A stretch of DNA of 57,214 nt, filler included, from Dirinaria sp. TL-2023a (taxonomy: Eukaryota), in the NCBI GenBank assembly GCA_051941275.1. It is 4 parts of 4 records of this genome, joined end to end, with 100 filler letters (N's around TTAATTAATTAA, not from the genome) between each part and the next. Parts side by side here need not be neighbours in the genome. Positions count along the whole stretch, not along the records: positions 43,028 to 57,214 come from JAVEBF010000617.1; 3 more parts are not named here. One strand, written 5' to 3'. The translations under genes were made by a program, and so were the position numbers. The first letter of the stretch is position 1. Each line of letters begins with the position of its first letter. Positions 53,137 through 57,214 of the stretch are shown here, one piece after another. A model generated the notes under the pieces. The model ran no database searches. It saw only the letters and a list, made by a program, of their open reading frames with translations, and was not told where the DNA came from.

Positions 53137-53697
53137 TTACCATAACGGCGAATTGAGCATCGGTAACCACTGGTTCACCCGGACGATGTGCCCTCCGACC
53201 AAGAAGGAATTGGGATCAATATTGTAGCCTCCGCACAACAGGATCAGTATAGCAATGGCACACCCAATATACATGGCGACGATCATCAGCAAAGTAAGAT
53301 ATAGGCCACCTTTGCCGTCAGTATGAGAATCGAGCTTCTTAGCAATTTCATGAAGGTTCAATCCAGAAAGTGAATGGATGAGCGGTGAGTGCTGATGGGC
53401 CCATCAACGTTGAATCTGTGCGGTCTTTATATCACCTGTAAGTGTCTCACCAGGTCGAGAAAGAGCAGAGCTGATGCAGGCTTGCTCGATATCTATCGGC
53501 TCCATCTTTATATTTGCGCGAGGACAGTCGGTAGGATAGCGCAGCATTTCCATTCCAGTGAAATCGAGCAAATCTTCATACTCCTACTTCATAGGCTTCG
53601 GGATGCCAACTACCGCATGCTTATATGCCTTACAATGCCTTTAGGTTTTCTATAAAACTGTAATATTCCCCGCTATATTAATCCTCCCGATGTCCAT
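53137..53697 (-). pseudogene. Putative decayed HeLo-like / fungal STAND N-terminal-domain gene fragment
   Basis: One frame reads MDIGRINIAGNITVL*KT*RHCKAYKHA...MK*EYEDLL...IQR*WAHQH...LHEIAKKLDSHT..LYLTLLMIV, with four in-frame stops, each one C-to-T change from Gln or Arg codons. Family resemblance is by eye only. Confidence 0.4.
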
Positions 53698-54018
53698 AAG
53701 GGGAAAAGGTGCATTAGAAACGAGCGAAATCAGACTAGGGGGAAAGGCCGTGGATTGGGATTTATAGCAGCAAAAGCTTGTATCTATCTTGCGGTCCGAA
53801 GTGTACTTAGACCACTTCAGGATCAGAGGAGGTGCTATGCGCTGCAACTTGCCCATCTGGATATGACTGCGGCCAGAGAAATATCTACAAGAAAAACAAT
53901 CCTTTTCAACACCTTATAAAGAGCAGTGTTACCTCTTTTCCTCTGCCACAGCCGAAAGAAAAATGTAAAAACCACGCCTGATGCACGCATCGCCTCACAC
54001 TACTTTTCAGGGTATACC

Positions 54019-55898
54019 TCAACTAGTGCTGACCTGAGACTTTGGTAGGTATGGAGCGTTTTGCCAGAACTGACACCGTTCAGGCAGCTGTTCGATACCC
54101 CTCTCGTCTGCTATCGGACCCACAAAGTCGCTCCCCACATTCTGCACTGTTGTTCCGGGTTTCGCAGGCGGGAATAGCGGTAAGTTTGGCGCATTTGGTT
54201 GGCCTGTCTGTGCAAAGCGCACTATATAGCCCTGGAGGATCGTTGCTACAGTGGTATTGACGCCAGGAACATCTCCGAAGTCATAAAATGTGTACGAGAG
54301 GTCAGCCCCGTGCACCGCGGGCGGCACAAACCATTCGTACCCGTACGTCGGACGGAAGAAGTTTGCCTGATTTATGTACCGAGTGTTGCACACAAATTCG
54401 GCGTCGGCAATGGTCAAGTTGTTGCGCTCCGCTTGAGTTGTGTAGCCCTGTGAGCCGTCGAAGACTGGTGGATAAAGTATTTGAGTAATCGTACGCAAGG
54501 CAGCGGCTTCGCTCGCGAGTGGCTGGAAGAAAGATTCCAGGTAACTTGCGTAGGACGACTCATCGGTAACTAACGTGTTTGGTATAAAACGAGATCCTTC
54601 ATCCTGGTTATGACCTGTCATGACGGAGAGCGTACGATCAAAGCGCCCCTGCCGAAGCAATCTCCCTGGCAGTTCAGGGACATATTCGTTGTCCCGTACA
54701 ACACCTAACGAGCCTTAATTAGCGCCTAAATTTATCTGACGCCTACAGTAGCCACTCACCAAAAATGAAAGATCCAAATGGAGTCGCGTTCCCAATGAGA
54801 AGCGCATTCAGCCTCTGCAAATCTGCTGAGGACTTACTTCGAAGCGTGCTGAGCGAAGTTACATTTCCAAAACTCAACACAGCATTGACTCGTGAATTTG
54901 GCATGGGGTTGCTCGGCAGCAAATACGGGCTCTGCGCGATTGCGCCCTTGAACGGAGACCTTTTCTTGCTACCCCCGTACGCTGTGATATGAGCTTCAAC
55001 GGAGCCGCCACCGGCTGACTCGCCCAGGATGGTCACTTGGGAAGGATCACCACCAAAGGAACTGATGTGTTTCTGGACCCATTCGAGTGCAAAACGTTGG
55101 TCTAGCAAACCCGCGTTCGATGTCACGCCTGGCCCGTTCATCCAGCCCTTACACCTTCTTGTCAGCGTCAAGCCATTCTCATGTTCAATTGCGCTTCTTG
55201 CTATTGTTGGAGGCGATGACTGCAGAACTTACGAAGAGACCGAGACGGTAATTGATGGATACGAGAATGGCTCCCTGGCTGCCAAATTGCTGGCTACGCG
55301 TGACTAGGCCATAGCCCCTACCACTAGCATCCTTCCAGCCGATGTCGTAACCGCCGCCAGGGATCCACACCAGCACTGGAGCGCGACTAGTCCGCCGTGT
55401 GTCCCATATTCCCTTGGGGAGTAAGACGTCGAGGAACAAGCAATCTTCCGAAGTTCGGGGATCTACAGGCGGAATATCGGCAGGGGTGAAATTCCCTACT
55501 ACGCCAGTGGTAAGCCAATTCGGATATGCTTGAGGGCAAATGACATCGCTAGCATTCTGAATGCCGGTCCTATTGACTCCAGGTGCCGTGGGCGCAAGAA
55601 AGCGCAATGGCCCAACCGGGGGGGCGGCATAGCGTATGTTTCTAAAAGTAACAAGAGATCCGTTCTAAAGGTGACAGGCAGGAATCTGTAAGCTCGTGTC
55701 CAAACACTGAAGGCGGGGTGCATGTATCTCTCGGCGCGGGAAACATTGGATGGGCCTTACCAATACAACTTCACCTTGGTTCAATTGATAGCCAAGGTCG
55801 ACCGAATAATCATTTCCAGAAGTGGAAGCATTTGGAGCTCCCCAAGGAGTGACTAGTGGCGCATACAGGGCGAAGAGAGCAATGATGAAGCCAAGCAT
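54019..55898 (-). CDS. Secreted type-B carboxylesterase/lipase (COesterase family), ~4 exons
   Basis: Signal peptide [65 protein letters not shown], nucleophile GESAGG, acid GHNQDEG and His VHGADL. Confidence 0.92.
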
Positions 55899-56111
55899 CG
55901 TGAGGACTGGGATGAAAGTAGTTTTATGAGCAAGCGTTCGGACGAAAATGACAACCAAGAGATATTGGGAATTTATACGTACTAAAAGTCGAAGTAATGA
56001 TGGGAGTCGCCATCAGGCCGTTGATCTCGTGGGTACTTTATACTGCTAGACTTTCTCAAGGTTCGGGTACACCCTCTCGGACTATAGGCCCGACCGGCTG
56101 ACCCGCCTTTC

Positions 56112-56135
56112 CGCTGATCGCGTCGCTGATCGCGT
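56112..56135 (+). repeat. 12-bp tandem duplication CGCTGATCGCGT x2 upstream of the carboxylesterase gene
   Basis: Read directly; ~215 bp upstream of the ATG at 55898. Confidence 0.7.
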
Positions 56136-57214
56136 GGGAAAACTCGCTGACGAGTCACTTAGATTGGCTGCTTGAAAGGAAGCCAAATCTTAGGCGCAGC
56201 AGTGCCCGTGTCCGCGCAAGACCAAGTCGCGTGGGAGGGCTCTGAGGTGGTTTAAATGTCCGAATCGGTGGCCCTAGCGTGATACCCTGACGACGTCAGA
56301 GAGCAAAGCTGTGCATTATCCTAGACTAATGTAGGTAAAGTAGGTATCCACGAGGATGGCTCCCCCCTTTTTATATAAGCTACCAATTGCGGCTCGGGCT
56401 GGTAAATGAAGAGAGTATCCCACTTTCCACTTTCTGAAAAAGGTATTTGCCCTGTGCAATAACGTCCGGCGGCACGGCGCATGATGCTTCCACGGTTTCA
56501 GGCAACGAGAAACAATTTAGGCAGCTGCTCCCAAACCGAAATCATTGAGAGCTCCACAGTGGCACCTGCAACTTCCAGCATCCGCACAGCGCAAGCGCGC
56601 CGCTGCATACGGTAAGGGACTCTACTTAGGCGAGCAAATGTCTACCTGTTCAAGGTATTGGCAAGTCCGAGTCTGCATATATTCATAGCCGGTGGTATAT
56701 CATGAACTGAGCTGGTTACAGATAATCCGTGGTCGGTTCCCCCGTGAGAATATTCGGTATCCTCAGCTACCAATCTAACTACCTCGCCATCGTGAAGGCG
56801 ATGTGTCTTACTCTCCTGTGCTTCATCACCGCAACCTCCTCCACTGCCACTAGGTGGAATCCTCATCTCTCCTCCATAATTTATGTCATTGGCCGTCATC
56901 ACTTGATCGTGGACTTATCATGCCTCACTCAGGCATCACCACCTTAATCACCTACAGTAGCGCCCGCGTCAATTGGAAATTATACGTCCATGTCTGCTGC
57001 TTTGATTTCAGCAGGGCGCTCTATCAAAATGTTGATTATAGATGATGATGATGAAGATCTGTTATGCATGCATAAGTAGTTGAAAGACGAATTCGCGAAT
57101 TCGTTGAGATTTCCATTTTCTAATAAGACTGAGCATACCTTATCCTGTTCTTGTCGGATGTTGACAACCTCGGGACGCATCCGATGGATTAACGTATAAA
57201 GATATAATTATCGC

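Noticed and set aside
12379..55898. One large cluster linking the AflX-like reductase to the P450/AKR/esterase block
   Set aside because: They lie on different contigs separated by artificial spacers, with no evidence of linkage.
56642..57214. Possible gene fragment at the end of contig 4 (candidate missing backbone gene)
   Set aside because: An intron-like GTATGC..CATAACAG is present on the minus strand, but all frames hit stops and show no PKS, NRPS or terpene-synthase motifs.

Overview
Intron-containing filamentous ascomycete (Pezizomycotina) genomic DNA. It is not one locus: three identical 100-bp spacers (44 N + TTAATTAATTAA + 44 N) join four contigs of 14,253, 14,239, 14,235 and 14,187 bp in descending length, so genes across spacers are probably unlinked. 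Contig 1: SPT20, a PEX22-like peroxin, a GAF hybrid histidine kinase and a stand-alone AflX/OrdB/MdpK-like oxidoreductase. Contig 2: a ~9-kb gene with two sacsin-type GHKL (Hsp90-like) modules and a C-terminal BTB domain (one apparent 1-nt frameshift), an F-box-like hypothetical gene, a Mit_KHE1 gene, and a terminal 311-bp tract with no CC or GG dinucleotides. Contig 3: a secreted Ser/Thr/Pro-rich protein, a small hydrophilic protein, REG1, a ~6.7-kb gene-poor gap and a truncated ELMO/CED-12 gene. Contig 4: a secondary-metabolism-like tailoring block with no visible backbone enzyme (PTH11-like membrane protein, two divergent P450s, an AKR7-like reductase, a type-B carboxylesterase) plus a likely decayed HeLo-like pseudogene. 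Family assignments come from motif recognition, not database searches, and exon boundaries were read by eye.
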